Shown here: piece by piece, positions 41,869 to 49,949 of the stretch
How the letters are laid out: each line of letters begins with the position of its first letter
Position numbering within the stretch: the first letter of the stretch is position 1
Origin: a virus
Length of the DNA: 49,949 nt
Reading direction: 5' to 3' (one strand)
Virus record (IMG/VR): IMGVR_UViG_3300044556_000087
Coordinates: 1-49,949 of that record
The notes under the pieces: generated by a model
Databases searched by the model: none
Told to the model about the DNA's origin: nothing
What the model saw: only the letters and a program-made list of their open reading frames with translations
Program-made: the position numbers and the translations under genes

Positions 41869-44346
41869 ATGGACACACCAGCCAGAGACATCCCCCTGCA
41901 CCATGACGGGGTGCTGGTCATCTCGACCGGGCACAGCCGGCGCACCCGGACCTGGAAACAGAAGCAGGTACGCTGGTCCACGCTCATCCAGCAGCTCGGC
42001 ACCACGAAGCGGACACAGGAGACGCAGGCCCGCTATCTGAAGCTCAGCAAGGCAGAGCAGGACGACATCAAGGACGTCGGGGGCTTCGTCGGGGGAGCTC
42101 TGGAGGGCGGACGACGGACCGCGGCCTGCGCCGGACGGCGCCAGCTCGTCACTCTCGACGCCGACTACGCGGACCAGACGTTCTGGGCACGGGCTGTCAA
42201 GGCCTACGGCAGTTTCTCACTCTGCTGCTACTCGACGCATAAGCACACCCCGAAGAGCCCGCGCCTGCGCCTCGTGCTCCCGCTCGACCGGCCGGTGACG
42301 CCAGACGAGTATCAGGCCATCGCCAGACGAGTCGCCTATCATGTCGGCATCGACATGTTCGATGACACGACCTACCAGCCGCAGCGTCTCATGTACTGGC
42401 CCAGCACGTCCGCTGACGGCGAATTCTTCTTCCGCTGGCAGGACGGCAGCTGGCTGAGCGCCGATGCGCTCCTCCGTGAGTACCCGGATTGGAAGGACCA
42501 GGCCTCGTGGCCCGTCTCCAGCCGTCAGACCGATGTCGTACGCCGGGCCATGCGCAAGCAGGAGGACCCGCTTACCAAGGAGGGCATCGTCGGTGCCTTC
42601 TGCCGGGCATACACCATTCCAGAGGTCATCGACGCGTACCTGTCCGACATCTACGAGCGCTGCGAAGGGCACGAGGACCGGTACACCTATAAGCCCGGGT
42701 CCAGCTCGGGCGGGGCCGTCGTCTACGAGGATAAATGGCTCTACAGCCACCACGCTACGGACCCGACCTCGATGAAACTCTGCAACGCGTTCGACCTGGT
42801 CCGCCTGCACCTTTTCGGCGGGCTCGACGACTGCCGGACGACAGCGGACGTAACGAAGCTGCCTAGCTGGAAGAGCATGGTCGAGCTCTGCAGCAAGGAT
42901 ACCAAGGTCAGCCGGCAGCAAATGACGGAACGCCTGCAGGCCGTGCAGGACGACTTCGGCGACCTCGGAGACGAAGATCCGGACGAAGACCTCACCTGGA
43001 TGAAACGGTTGCAGCGGGACCGCAAGGGCCACGTCCTCCCGAGCCGGGAGAACATCCGCATCATCCTCAACAACGACAGCCGGATCCGCGGAACCTTCGG
43101 CTGGGACGAGTTCGCACAGCGCATCGCTATCCTCAAGGCTCCGCCATGGAGACAGGACGACAACCGCAGCGTCTACTGGGGCGATGCCGATGACAGCGAG
43201 CTCCGCTATCTGCTGGAGACGCTGTACGGCATCGACAGCAAGCAGAAAATCGAGGACGAGACCCTGAACGCTGCCATGCGCCACAGCTTCCACGACGTAC
43301 GGAACTACCTGCACGGACTCACATGGGACGGCACACCCCGGATGGAGACAATCTTCATTGATTACCTCGGAGCTGAGGATACACCGTACACCCGGACCGT
43401 GACACGCAAAATGCTCATCGCAGCCGTCGGCCGGGTCGAGCATCCGGGACTCAAATTCGACAACATGGTGGTCCTCGAGGGCCCGCAGGGCATCGGTAAA
43501 AGCTACATCTTCAAGAAGCTCGGCCGAAAGTGGTTCAGCGATTCGCTGACCACCGTCCAGGGCAAAGAAGCCTATGAACAGCTGCGGGGCTCGTGGATCA
43601 TCGAGATGGGCGAGCTCGCGGCACTCAAAAAAAGCGAAGTCGAGCCTATCAAGCAGTTCATATCAAAGCAGGTGGACGCCTACCGGGTCGCCTACGGGCG
43701 CCGGATATCAGAATTTCCCCGGCAGTGCATCTTCGTCGGGACGACCAACGAAGCGACCTTCCTGCGGGACCACACCGGCAACCGCCGGTTCTGGCCTATC
43801 CGGGTCGGTATCAAGGAACCAAAGAAGTCACTCTGGGAACCCGGAGTCGATGCCGAGATTGACCAGATATGGGCCGAGGCGGAGACCGCCTGGAACGCCG
43901 GTGAGGATGTCTGGATCGGACGCGACATGGAACGAACCGCTAAAGACGTACAGCTAGCGCACACGGAGGAAAATCCGTACGTCGGCATGATTCAGGAATA
44001 CCTCGAAACGGAACTGCCGGAAAACTGGTACACACTGGATATCACGGCACGACGGAACTTTATCCGCGGCGAGGGGTTCACCATCGAGATGGGCCAAAGC
44101 TTCAAACGGACCCGGATATGTCCGTTAGAGGTATGGTGCGAAATGCTGGGCGGTGACCCCAAGCGCTTCAGCGGCTACGACCGCAAGGAAATCCGCGATG
44201 CCCTGGGCATGCTGCCCGGTTGGGAACTGTACCGCAGCGGGCAGTACAAGCTTTCCTTCGGGCGGTATTACGGGAGACAACGTGGTTACGTGAAGAAAGG
44301 GGTCAAAATAATTAACGGTGATCGGTGGGACCTGACCGGGGTTTAA
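41869..44346 (+). CDS. DNA primase / replicative helicase-type protein (VirE-family P-loop NTPase with an N-terminal primase-like region)
   Basis: LEGPQGIGKSYIFKKLG (Walker A), WIIEMGEL (Walker B), FVGTTNEATFLRDHTGNRRFWPIRV (typical VirE family). N-terminal VTLDADY...STHKHTPKSPRLRLVLPL is primase-like. Confidence 0.85.
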   Translation: MDTPARDIPLHHDGVLVISTGHSRRTRTWKQKQVRWSTLIQQLGTTKRTQETQARYLKLSKAEQDDIKDVGGFVGGALEGGRRTAACAGRRQLVTLDADYADQTFWARAVKAYGSFSLCCYSTHKHTPKSPRLRLVLPLDRPVTPDEYQAIARRVAYHVGIDMFDDTTYQPQRLMYWPSTSADGEFFFRWQDGSWLSADALLREYPDWKDQASWPVSSRQTDVVRRAMRKQEDPLTKEGIVGAFCRAYTIPEVIDAYLSDIYERCEGHEDRYTYKPGSSSGGAVVYEDKWLYSHHATDPTSMKLCNAFDLVRLHLFGGLDDCRTTADVTKLPSWKSMVELCSKDTKVSRQQMTERLQAVQDDFGDLGDEDPDEDLTWMKRLQRDRKGHVLPSRENIRIILNNDSRIRGTFGWDEFAQRIAILKAPPWRQDDNRSVYWGDADDSELRYLLETLYGIDSKQKIEDETLNAAMRHSFHDVRNYLHGLTWDGTPRMETIFIDYLGAEDTPYTRTVTRKMLIAAVGRVEHPGLKFDNMVVLEGPQGIGKSYIFKKLGRKWFSDSLTTVQGKEAYEQLRGSWIIEMGELAALKKSEVEPIKQFISKQVDAYRVAYGRRISEFPRQCIFVGTTNEATFLRDHTGNRRFWPIRVGIKEPKKSLWEPGVDAEIDQIWAEAETAWNAGEDVWIGRDMERTAKDVQLAHTEENPYVGMIQEYLETELPENWYTLDITARRNFIRGEGFTIEMGQSFKRTRICPLEVWCEMLGGDPKRFSGYDRKEIRDALGMLPGWELYRSGQYKLSFGRYYGRQRGYVKKGVKIINGDRWDLTGV

Positions 44347-44354
44347 TTCTTTCC

Positions 44355-44629
44355 GGTCAGGTTACTGGGTCAGGTTTATCCCGCATGGTTAAGCCATTTC
44401 TGGGTAACCTGACCAACATGACCACCAAAAATTGACCTAAAAAGTGTTTCCTGTTTCTATACCCCTATACCTAGTACCTATATACTATATATCTTTATTT
44501 TATTTTTCTTACTATATTTACTGGTCAGGTTGGTCAGGTTAGTAAAAAGGTCAGGTAAATCAATACTTTTAGGCGACCCAGGAACCTGACCGCAAGCGGG
44601 TAACCTGACCGCAAATTCTGGGTCAGGTT
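44355..44629. repeat. Putative replication origin: nine GGTCAGGTT iterons in both orientations flanking an AT-rich segment
   Basis: Plus-orientation copies at 44355, 44368, 44523, 44532, 44549 (ggtcaggta) and 44621. Inverted aacctgacc at 44406, 44583 and 44602. AT-rich core around 44440-44520. Confidence 0.6.
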
Positions 44630-44655
44630 AACAAATACAAGAGGAGCTGAACACA

Positions 44656-44883
44656 ATGAGAGATGATATTTACCTTTTAGAAACAGAGATGAACTGTATC
44701 CGGAATCTTCTCTGCCAGCTTGAGGGCAGAGAAGATGTGCACATCACAGTAAACGGTATGAACCTGCGGGATTATCACATCTGCCAGGCTACTTTCAATC
44801 ATATCAGAAAGGCTATACAGGAATCGCTGGAACGCGATTATCAATACCTGCAGGATGAAAAGGAACGGTGGTATGGATGTTAG
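44656..44883 (+). CDS. Hypothetical protein
   Basis: RBS agaggagctgaacaca. 75 aa. Confidence 0.55.
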   Translation: MRDDIYLLETEMNCIRNLLCQLEGREDVHITVNGMNLRDYHICQATFNHIRKAIQESLERDYQYLQDEKERWYGC

Positions 44884-45173
44884 AAAAAGAGCTGGAACAG
44901 AAACTGGTGAAAGCCGTGAGCGCCTGCGGCGCGGTGGCCTGGAAGCTGAGCTCTCCCGGTCATGCAGGAGTGCCGGACCGCATCCTGCTGCTTCCCGGCG
45001 GTCAGGTGCTATTCGTTGAAATGAAACGCCCCGGAGAAAAGCAGCGGCCCCTGCAGGTCCATGTAGCCCGGACGCTTCGGGTGCTTGGATTCCCCGTCGA
45101 AGTCGTTGATTCTGAAGCGGGCATTGACGAAATCGTTCAGCTGGTCCGGCAGCTGTCGAAGGGCCAGTCATGA
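44868..45173 (+). CDS. VRR-NUC domain nuclease
   Basis: GVPDRILLLPGGQVLFVEMKRPGEKQRPLQ is the PD-(D/E)xK-type VRR-NUC core. Start is GTG 44868 or ATG 44877. Confidence 0.8.
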   Translation: MVWMLEKELEQKLVKAVSACGAVAWKLSSPGHAGVPDRILLLPGGQVLFVEMKRPGEKQRPLQVHVARTLRVLGFPVEVVDSEAGIDEIVQLVRQLSKGQS

Positions 45174-46564
45174 GCCGGCATCTGACACTGCGTCCGTATC
45201 AGCAATACGCAGCTGACCTCATCATCCAGAAACCTGCCGTCGGTCTCCTGCTGGATATGGGCATGGGCAAGACGGCGACGACGCTGATGGCGGTCAGGTC
45301 ACTGCTGTATGACTACTTCGACGTTCAGAACGTCCTGGTCATCGCACCGCTGCGGGTCGCTGAAACGACCTGGGCGGATGAATGCCAGGAATGGGACGAG
45401 CTGAAGGACCTGACCGTCGTTCCCGTCATCGGCAGTCTGCAGCATCGGCTGCAGGCACTGAAGACGAAGGCCGATATCCATACTATCAACCGGGAGAACG
45501 TCGTCTGGCTGGCTGAGCTGTATGGGAAAGACTGGCCCTTTGACATGGTGGTCATCGATGAATCGTCATCGTTTAAGAGCCATCAGTCGAAGCGGTTCCG
45601 GGCGCTGAAGCGGGTCCGGCCACGGATCAGACGCCTCGTCGAGCTGACCGGGACTCCGGCCCCGAACGGACTGATGGACCTGTGGAGCCAGATATATCTG
45701 CTGGATGGCGGGCAGCGCCTAGGAAAGACCATCACGTCCTACAGACGGCGCTGGTTCATCCCGGCTGGCGGGTTTGGCCATGTCGTGTATAACTACAAAC
45801 TGCAGAAAGGCGCCGAAGAGGAAATCTATCAGGCCATCTCCGATATCTGCGTCAGCATGAAAGCCAGTGACTACATCACGTTGCCGCCGGTCCTGTACAA
45901 CACGGTAAAGGTCAAACTGCCGGAAGCGGTCAAAATGAAGTACAAACGGCTGGAAAAAGATCTTGTACTGGAACTGGACAATGACACGGACATCGTGGCC
46001 AGCACAGCCGCTGTCCTGAGCAACAAACTGCTGCAGATGGCCAACGGGGCCGCCTATGACGAAAATGGTGCTGTTATCGAGATGCATCAGGCCAAACTGG
46101 ACGCACTGGCGGATATCGTCGAGGCGAACGCCAGACGTCCGCTGCTGGTGTTCTACTGGTTCAAGCATGACCTGGAACGGCTGAAGCGGGCGTTCCCGAA
46201 AGCCCGGCAGCTGGTAAGCGCTGCCGATATCCGGGGCTGGAACGAAGGTAAGATAGAGATGATGCTGGTGCATCCGGCATCGGCCGGACATGGGCTGAAC
46301 CTGCAGAAAGGCGGAAGCCTCATCGTCTGGTTCAGCATGACATGGAGCCTGGAATTGTATCAGCAGGCAAACAAGCGGCTGCACCGGAGCGGTCAGCAGC
46401 ACACCGTCGTCATCCATCACCTCATCGCCGAAGGGACTATCGACGAGGACGTGATGCGGGCCCTGCAGGAGAAACGTAAAGGACAGGACGGTATGCTGGA
46501 AGCCGTGAAGGCCCGCATCAGCCGGATACGAGAGGAGGAAGAACATGATGCAGGACAGAGGTAA
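45170..46564 (+). CDS. SNF2/DEAD-like helicase
   Basis: LRPYQQYAADLI, DMGMGKTATTL (motif I), VIDESSSFKS (motif II), and C-terminal helicase motifs ...ASAGHGLNLQ...QANKRLHRSGQ. Confidence 0.9.
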   Translation: MSRHLTLRPYQQYAADLIIQKPAVGLLLDMGMGKTATTLMAVRSLLYDYFDVQNVLVIAPLRVAETTWADECQEWDELKDLTVVPVIGSLQHRLQALKTKADIHTINRENVVWLAELYGKDWPFDMVVIDESSSFKSHQSKRFRALKRVRPRIRRLVELTGTPAPNGLMDLWSQIYLLDGGQRLGKTITSYRRRWFIPAGGFGHVVYNYKLQKGAEEEIYQAISDICVSMKASDYITLPPVLYNTVKVKLPEAVKMKYKRLEKDLVLELDNDTDIVASTAAVLSNKLLQMANGAAYDENGAVIEMHQAKLDALADIVEANARRPLLVFYWFKHDLERLKRAFPKARQLVSAADIRGWNEGKIEMMLVHPASAGHGLNLQKGGSLIVWFSMTWSLELYQQANKRLHRSGQQHTVVIHHLIAEGTIDEDVMRALQEKRKGQDGMLEAVKARISRIREEEEHDAGQR

Positions 46565-47072
46565 AATCGCGGCCAACGGTGCCACGATATCGACATCGGT
46601 GCTGATTTACATGGCGCTGCATGACGATGACGCGCTGAAGTTCAGTCAGAAACGGTTATGCCGTATCACGGATAAGGTCGGTGCATATAGCCACGAGATT
46701 GAGGGCAACGGTGATAAGTTCACGGCCTATCGTAACCGTCTGGACCAGTATGGACTGGACTTGCAGTTAAAGCTGGACTTTACGCGGGCCCTGCTGAAAG
46801 GCCTGAAGTACACCGGGCATACCGAGAATTATGGGGCTGAGGCGGGAGTCGATGCCACGTATACCCTGATTTTCCTGGCATTGCATGACCTGTACGGCTT
46901 CGGACCGAAACGGATACAGCGGATACAGCGCCGTATCAAGAGCTACGCCTGGTTCATCCGTGACGGTGTGACGCACATCTTAGAATATATGAAATGCCTG
47001 CAGCTGGAATGCGGGCTGCAGTATCAGGCCCTAAAACGGTATGAGGCTGAGAACGGGGAGCTGAGGATCTGA
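46545..47072 (+). CDS. Hypothetical protein
   Basis: 175 aa. Overlaps the helicase 3' end and abuts the next start. No recognised domain. Confidence 0.55.
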   Translation: MMQDRGKIAANGATISTSVLIYMALHDDDALKFSQKRLCRITDKVGAYSHEIEGNGDKFTAYRNRLDQYGLDLQLKLDFTRALLKGLKYTGHTENYGAEAGVDATYTLIFLALHDLYGFGPKRIQRIQRRIKSYAWFIRDGVTHILEYMKCLQLECGLQYQALKRYEAENGELRI

Positions 47073-47467
47073 TGGGCACGAAGATATGTCGCTTATGCGG
47101 TAAATCATACACCCCGCCCAGAACGAATTCCGTTTTTTGCGATGATTGTATTAACCAGGTGCTGGAGCGCAGGGAAAAGGCCACGGCGCATGGTGAGCCG
47201 GTCACGCACTGTATCATCTGTGGCAAGCCGATTGCACATCCCGTGCGGGGCACGTTTACCTGTAGCCCTGAATGCCGTACCCTGCATCACATACTGAGCT
47301 GTAATCGGCGGTACATACGGGGCGTTAAAGCGATACGCAGGGGACAGGCTATGGATAGGCAGAAAAAAGCAGTTATGAGTCATTTAGGTCAGACTCTTGC
47401 GGCAGCACGAGCAGCAGGTCTGTCCTATGGGAAGTATGTAGCATTTAAAAGACAGCGAAAGGGGTAA
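47072..47467 (+). CDS. Zinc-ribbon-containing hypothetical protein
   Basis: CRLCGKSYTPPRTNSVFCDDC and CIICGKPI...CSPEC motifs. 131 aa. Confidence 0.55.
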   Translation: MGTKICRLCGKSYTPPRTNSVFCDDCINQVLERREKATAHGEPVTHCIICGKPIAHPVRGTFTCSPECRTLHHILSCNRRYIRGVKAIRRGQAMDRQKKAVMSHLGQTLAAARAAGLSYGKYVAFKRQRKG

Positions 47468-47799
47468 TGAGAATGGAGCTGCATATTGATATAACAGGAA
47501 GCGACGAGTTGGTAATGGCTATCGTAAAGGCGGTTACACCGAACATTAAGCCGTTGGAAACGCCGATTGAACATCCGGAAAAGCCGGTAGAACCGGTGAA
47601 GCCTGAAGTACCACAGGAAAAGCCGAAGATGGTACCAGAAAAGGATCCGAAACAAAAGGCTGCCACGAAACCTGCAGAAACGACAGCACCGGTTAAGCAC
47701 CGTGGACGGCCTAAGAAAGGTACGACCATGCCGACTCCGGAAGAAGTAGAACGGGCGGAACACGATATGCTGAAGGACCGTATTTTCGGTGACGATTAA
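47467..47799 (+). CDS. Hypothetical Pro/Lys-rich protein with an AT-hook-like RGRPKKG
   Basis: 110 aa. EKPVEPVKPEVPQEKPK repeats followed by KHRGRPKKGT. Confidence 0.5.
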   Translation: MRMELHIDITGSDELVMAIVKAVTPNIKPLETPIEHPEKPVEPVKPEVPQEKPKMVPEKDPKQKAATKPAETTAPVKHRGRPKKGTTMPTPEEVERAEHDMLKDRIFGDD

Positions 47800-47814
47800 A
47801 AGGAGGTAGTGCCA

Positions 47815-48189
47815 ATGCTGATTTATGTTTCACACCCGTTTACCGGGAATGAGGAAGAGAACCGTATGGAAGCCATGTACATTACGGCAGAGTTGATGGA
47901 AAGCTTGCCGGGCCATACATTCCTGAACCCCTTGGACGCAATGCGCGCAGTCCATGTCGCTAAATTGTCGTATCTGCAGGTCATGGAACACTGCCTGGAC
48001 CTGCTTGGTGTATGCGATGCCATCGTACTTACAGGTGACTGGGAACACAGTACAGGATGTCTGGTGGAAAAGGCGTTTGCTGAAGGCCGTAAGATTCCTG
48101 TCTTCCACAATCTGGGGGAATTGGAGAATTCCAGTCTCCTGCATAAACCGCAGGAGCATCTATACTGGCATAATGTACCGATTACCTGA
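47815..48189 (+). CDS. DUF4406 / nucleoside 2-deoxyribosyltransferase-like protein
   Basis: MLIYVSHPFTGNEEEN...FLNPLD...CDAIVLTGDWEHSTGCLVEKAFAEGRKIPVF fits that fold's pattern. ATG 47815 follows aaaggaggtagtgcca. Confidence 0.5.
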   Translation: MLIYVSHPFTGNEEENRMEAMYITAELMESLPGHTFLNPLDAMRAVHVAKLSYLQVMEHCLDLLGVCDAIVLTGDWEHSTGCLVEKAFAEGRKIPVFHNLGELENSSLLHKPQEHLYWHNVPIT

Positions 48190-48206
48190 AAATAGGAGGA
48201 AATACC

Positions 48207-48407
48207 ATGAAATGGGTACGAACTACCGAGCAATTACCAGAACCGAGGATTCGCGTCCTGGTAGGCATGCATGTGAAGGCGCCGATTCCGATTGTGACCG
48301 GCGGAGCCTTTTACGGTGACCACTGGGTCGTCGATATGATCACACGGCCCGTATCTGTTAATGAGGTGGCGTTCTGGGCGCCAATCGCCCCATTTCCGAA
48401 AGATTAA
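48207..48407 (+). CDS. DUF551-like small protein
   Basis: MKWVRTTEQLPEPRIRVLV... resembles the W..v.d.LPE.....vLv pattern of DUF551. Confidence 0.45.
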   Translation: MKWVRTTEQLPEPRIRVLVGMHVKAPIPIVTGGAFYGDHWVVDMITRPVSVNEVAFWAPIAPFPKD

Positions 48408-48419
48408 GGAGGAACCAAC

Positions 48420-48710
48420 ATGAACAAGCAAACACTGATTACATTCGCAGCGACCAGAGCAGGCCTGACGAAAGCTGATACGACACGGGCACTGGATGCC
48501 GTGCTGGAAATTATCACGGAGGAATTGGTGGCAGGCGGGGACGTCCGCCTCACGGGCTTCGGCATCTTCAATGTCCGCAAACGTTCGGCCCGGGAAGGGC
48601 GTAATCCCTGGACCGGGGAGAAAATTCCGATTCCGGAAATGCGGATACCCGGATTCAAGGCAAGCAAGCAGTTATCCGAACAGGTGAAAGGAACCGTAGA
48701 AAAGGGGTAG
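48420..48710 (+). CDS. HU/IHF-family histone-like DNA-binding protein
   Basis: MNKQTLITFAATRAGLTKADTTRALDAVLEIITEELVAGGDVRLTGFGIFNVRKRSAREGRNPWTGEKIPIPEMRIPGFKASKQL is a full-length HU signature. Confidence 0.9.
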   Translation: MNKQTLITFAATRAGLTKADTTRALDAVLEIITEELVAGGDVRLTGFGIFNVRKRSAREGRNPWTGEKIPIPEMRIPGFKASKQLSEQVKGTVEKG

Positions 48711-48714
48711 GGCT

Positions 48715-48909
48715 ATGCAGATAAAGACGAGGAAAGTCTATTATTTAATCACCGATGACACGGGGCGGATTCGGGATATCTCTACCAAGCTGAAACGGTC
48801 CCAGATGTATCTGGATGGCTGCCCGTATGACGAAGACCTTACATTGACACGATATACATGTGAGGCAGCTACAGGCTCCGTACTGCGGATGGAAGTGCTG
48901 TATACATAG
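48715..48909 (+). CDS. Hypothetical protein
   Basis: 64-aa ORF closely following the HU gene. Confidence 0.4.
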   Translation: MQIKTRKVYYLITDDTGRIRDISTKLKRSQMYLDGCPYDEDLTLTRYTCEAATGSVLRMEVLYT

Positions 48910-48927
48910 ACAGGAGATGATAAGTGT

Positions 48928-49110
48928 ATGACAAGCCAGGAACTGTTGAATGGTCTTGCTGAGCTGAGGGAACGGGTATGCGAGAAGCAAGATGTATGTA
49001 CTGGGTGCCCCTTTAATCATTGGGCAAAATATCCGGATAATGAATGCTGCATCATCGATGAGATGATAACACGGATTAACTGGGTTAAAGGAGCTGGCGT
49101 TGATGGTTGA
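48928..49110 (+). CDS. Hypothetical protein
   Basis: 60-aa ORF with RBS-like caggagatgataagtgt upstream. Confidence 0.4.
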   Translation: MTSQELLNGLAELRERVCEKQDVCTGCPFNHWAKYPDNECCIIDEMITRINWVKGAGVDG

Positions 49111-49474
49111 CGGAGAATCTTTAAAACGGGTATGTCCTGTATGCCATAAAGAGTTTACGCCACGTCGGAAAGACCAGAAACGATGCTCACAGCGATGCAG
49201 TAAAATCTGGCTTAAGCACCATCAAACGATACATAGAGAGCCAGAACCGGGAGTGCCGATTATCCGGGAGTTTTACTGCCGCTGGTGCCATCGTCTGGTG
49301 CAGATAGCGGACCCAGAGGACAGGCGGACCGTGTTCTGCTGCCAGAAGCACGAAAAGGACTACTGGCGGCATGGGTACACCTTAAGCGACCACGGACGCG
49401 GCGGGAATCTGGGACTATCCGGAGGCATGAGTCTTGGAGGATTGATGCGCAGAGAACGGAGAGACCTGGATTGA
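49100..49474 (+). CDS. Zinc-ribbon-containing hypothetical protein
   Basis: CPVCHKEFTPRRKDQKRCSQRC and CRWCHRLV...CCQKHEKDYW. Similar N-terminal motif to 47072..47467. Confidence 0.5.
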   Translation: MMVDGESLKRVCPVCHKEFTPRRKDQKRCSQRCSKIWLKHHQTIHREPEPGVPIIREFYCRWCHRLVQIADPEDRRTVFCCQKHEKDYWRHGYTLSDHGRGGNLGLSGGMSLGGLMRRERRDLD

Positions 49475-49949
49475 AGAAAAAGAAATCCGAGCAGCTAGAA
49501 GATATTGTGCGAAAAATCGCACAAAGTCAAACGAGTCTTACAGAAAAGTATGAACTGTACAGACAGTTGGTGGCGACACAGAAGATAATGAAACGACCAC
49601 CGAAGAAGTTTAAAAGCGGAAGCTGGCTATTATACGCGCTATGCGACGAGGTAGTCAACGAGTATCTGGCGGCACCGGCTATCAGTAAGCCGAAATTTCT
49701 GGGCGATTATATCCGTGAACTGGATGCAGAGTTACAGCGGTTCCGGGATAAATTCAATGGGGTATCGGATAAGCATATAAACGAGTACGAGCTATATTCG
49801 TTTACCAGCGTCCGGCATAAGCGGCGGATAGAGAAACGGTATGCCGAGTTACATCCGGACTTAGCCGAGGCGGATGCCCTGCTTCGAGGGTTGACCTATC
49901 TGAGACGGGCTGGCATCCGGAACGACGTATTAGAAAAACGATTTGATGA
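49471..49949 (+). CDS. Hypothetical protein, 5' part of the junction-spanning CDS (continues at 128..239 after the repeat)
   Basis: TTG 49471 overlaps the previous stop (TTGA) and is preceded by ggagag. The frame stays open to the window end and is in register with 3..239. The start codon is uncertain. Confidence 0.55.
   Translation, partial: MKKKKSEQLEDIVRKIAQSQTSLTEKYELYRQLVATQKIMKRPPKKFKSGSWLLYALCDEVVNEYLAAPAISKPKFLGDYIRELDAELQRFRDKFNGVSDKHINEYELYSFTSVRHKRRIEKRYAELHPDLAEADALLRGLTYLRRAGIRNDVLEKRFD
49823..49949. repeat. Right copy of the exact 127-bp terminal direct repeat (identical to 1-127)
   Basis: Base-for-base identity with 1-127 read directly from the sequence. Confidence 0.95.

Noticed and set aside
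44355-44629. CRISPR-like array, because of the many short repeats
   Set aside because: The repeats are only 9 bp, occur in both orientations and are irregularly spaced around an AT-rich core. This is iteron-like, not repeat-spacer architecture.

Overview
This window appears to be a complete, circularly closed genome of a temperate siphovirus, about 49.8 kb. Bases 1-127 repeat exactly at 49823-49949 and an ORF reads in frame across that junction, so the ends look like an assembly overlap rather than physical termini.

Nearly all genes are on the + strand:
- Late region: a DUF1492/sigma-region-4-like late regulator and a Nu1/GpA-type (cos) terminase.
- Head-tail module, gene-for-gene syntenic with phage lambda: W-like, lambda-family portal, ClpP-type protease/scaffold, D-like decoration, E-like capsid, FII/Z/U positions, major tail, G and G-T with an A_AAA_AAC -1 slip site, a 1564-aa tape measure, M, L, K-like NlpC/P60, and a fused I-J tip protein.
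- Fibre region, the most unusual part (21.6-26.2 kb). Two paralogous tail-collar-type fibre genes are each followed by promoterless alternative C-terminal cassettes in direct and inverted orientation. The cassettes share short in-frame crossover motifs. A second tyrosine recombinase sits next to them. I read this as a shufflon-like switch for the receptor-binding tips.
- Lysis cassette, including two overlapping spanin-like ORFs that suggest a diderm host.
- A self-contained moron block with a consensus promoter and palindromic operators.
- attP plus integrase, then minus-strand lysogeny genes: a secreted protein, a mini ImmA-like HExxH protein and an XRE repressor.
- Early operon: two Cro-like HTH genes and a Bro-N/KilAC antirepressor.
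- Replication module of DUF2800, DUF2815, PolA, VirE-primase, VRR-NUC and SNF2. The PolA gene is interrupted by a 301-aa intein. It is followed by a two-domain DnaN-like protein and an iteron-type origin. An HU gene lies further downstream, near the right end of the window.

I saw no rRNA, tRNA, CRISPR array or transposase. All calls come from reading the sequence and translations by eye; no searches were run.
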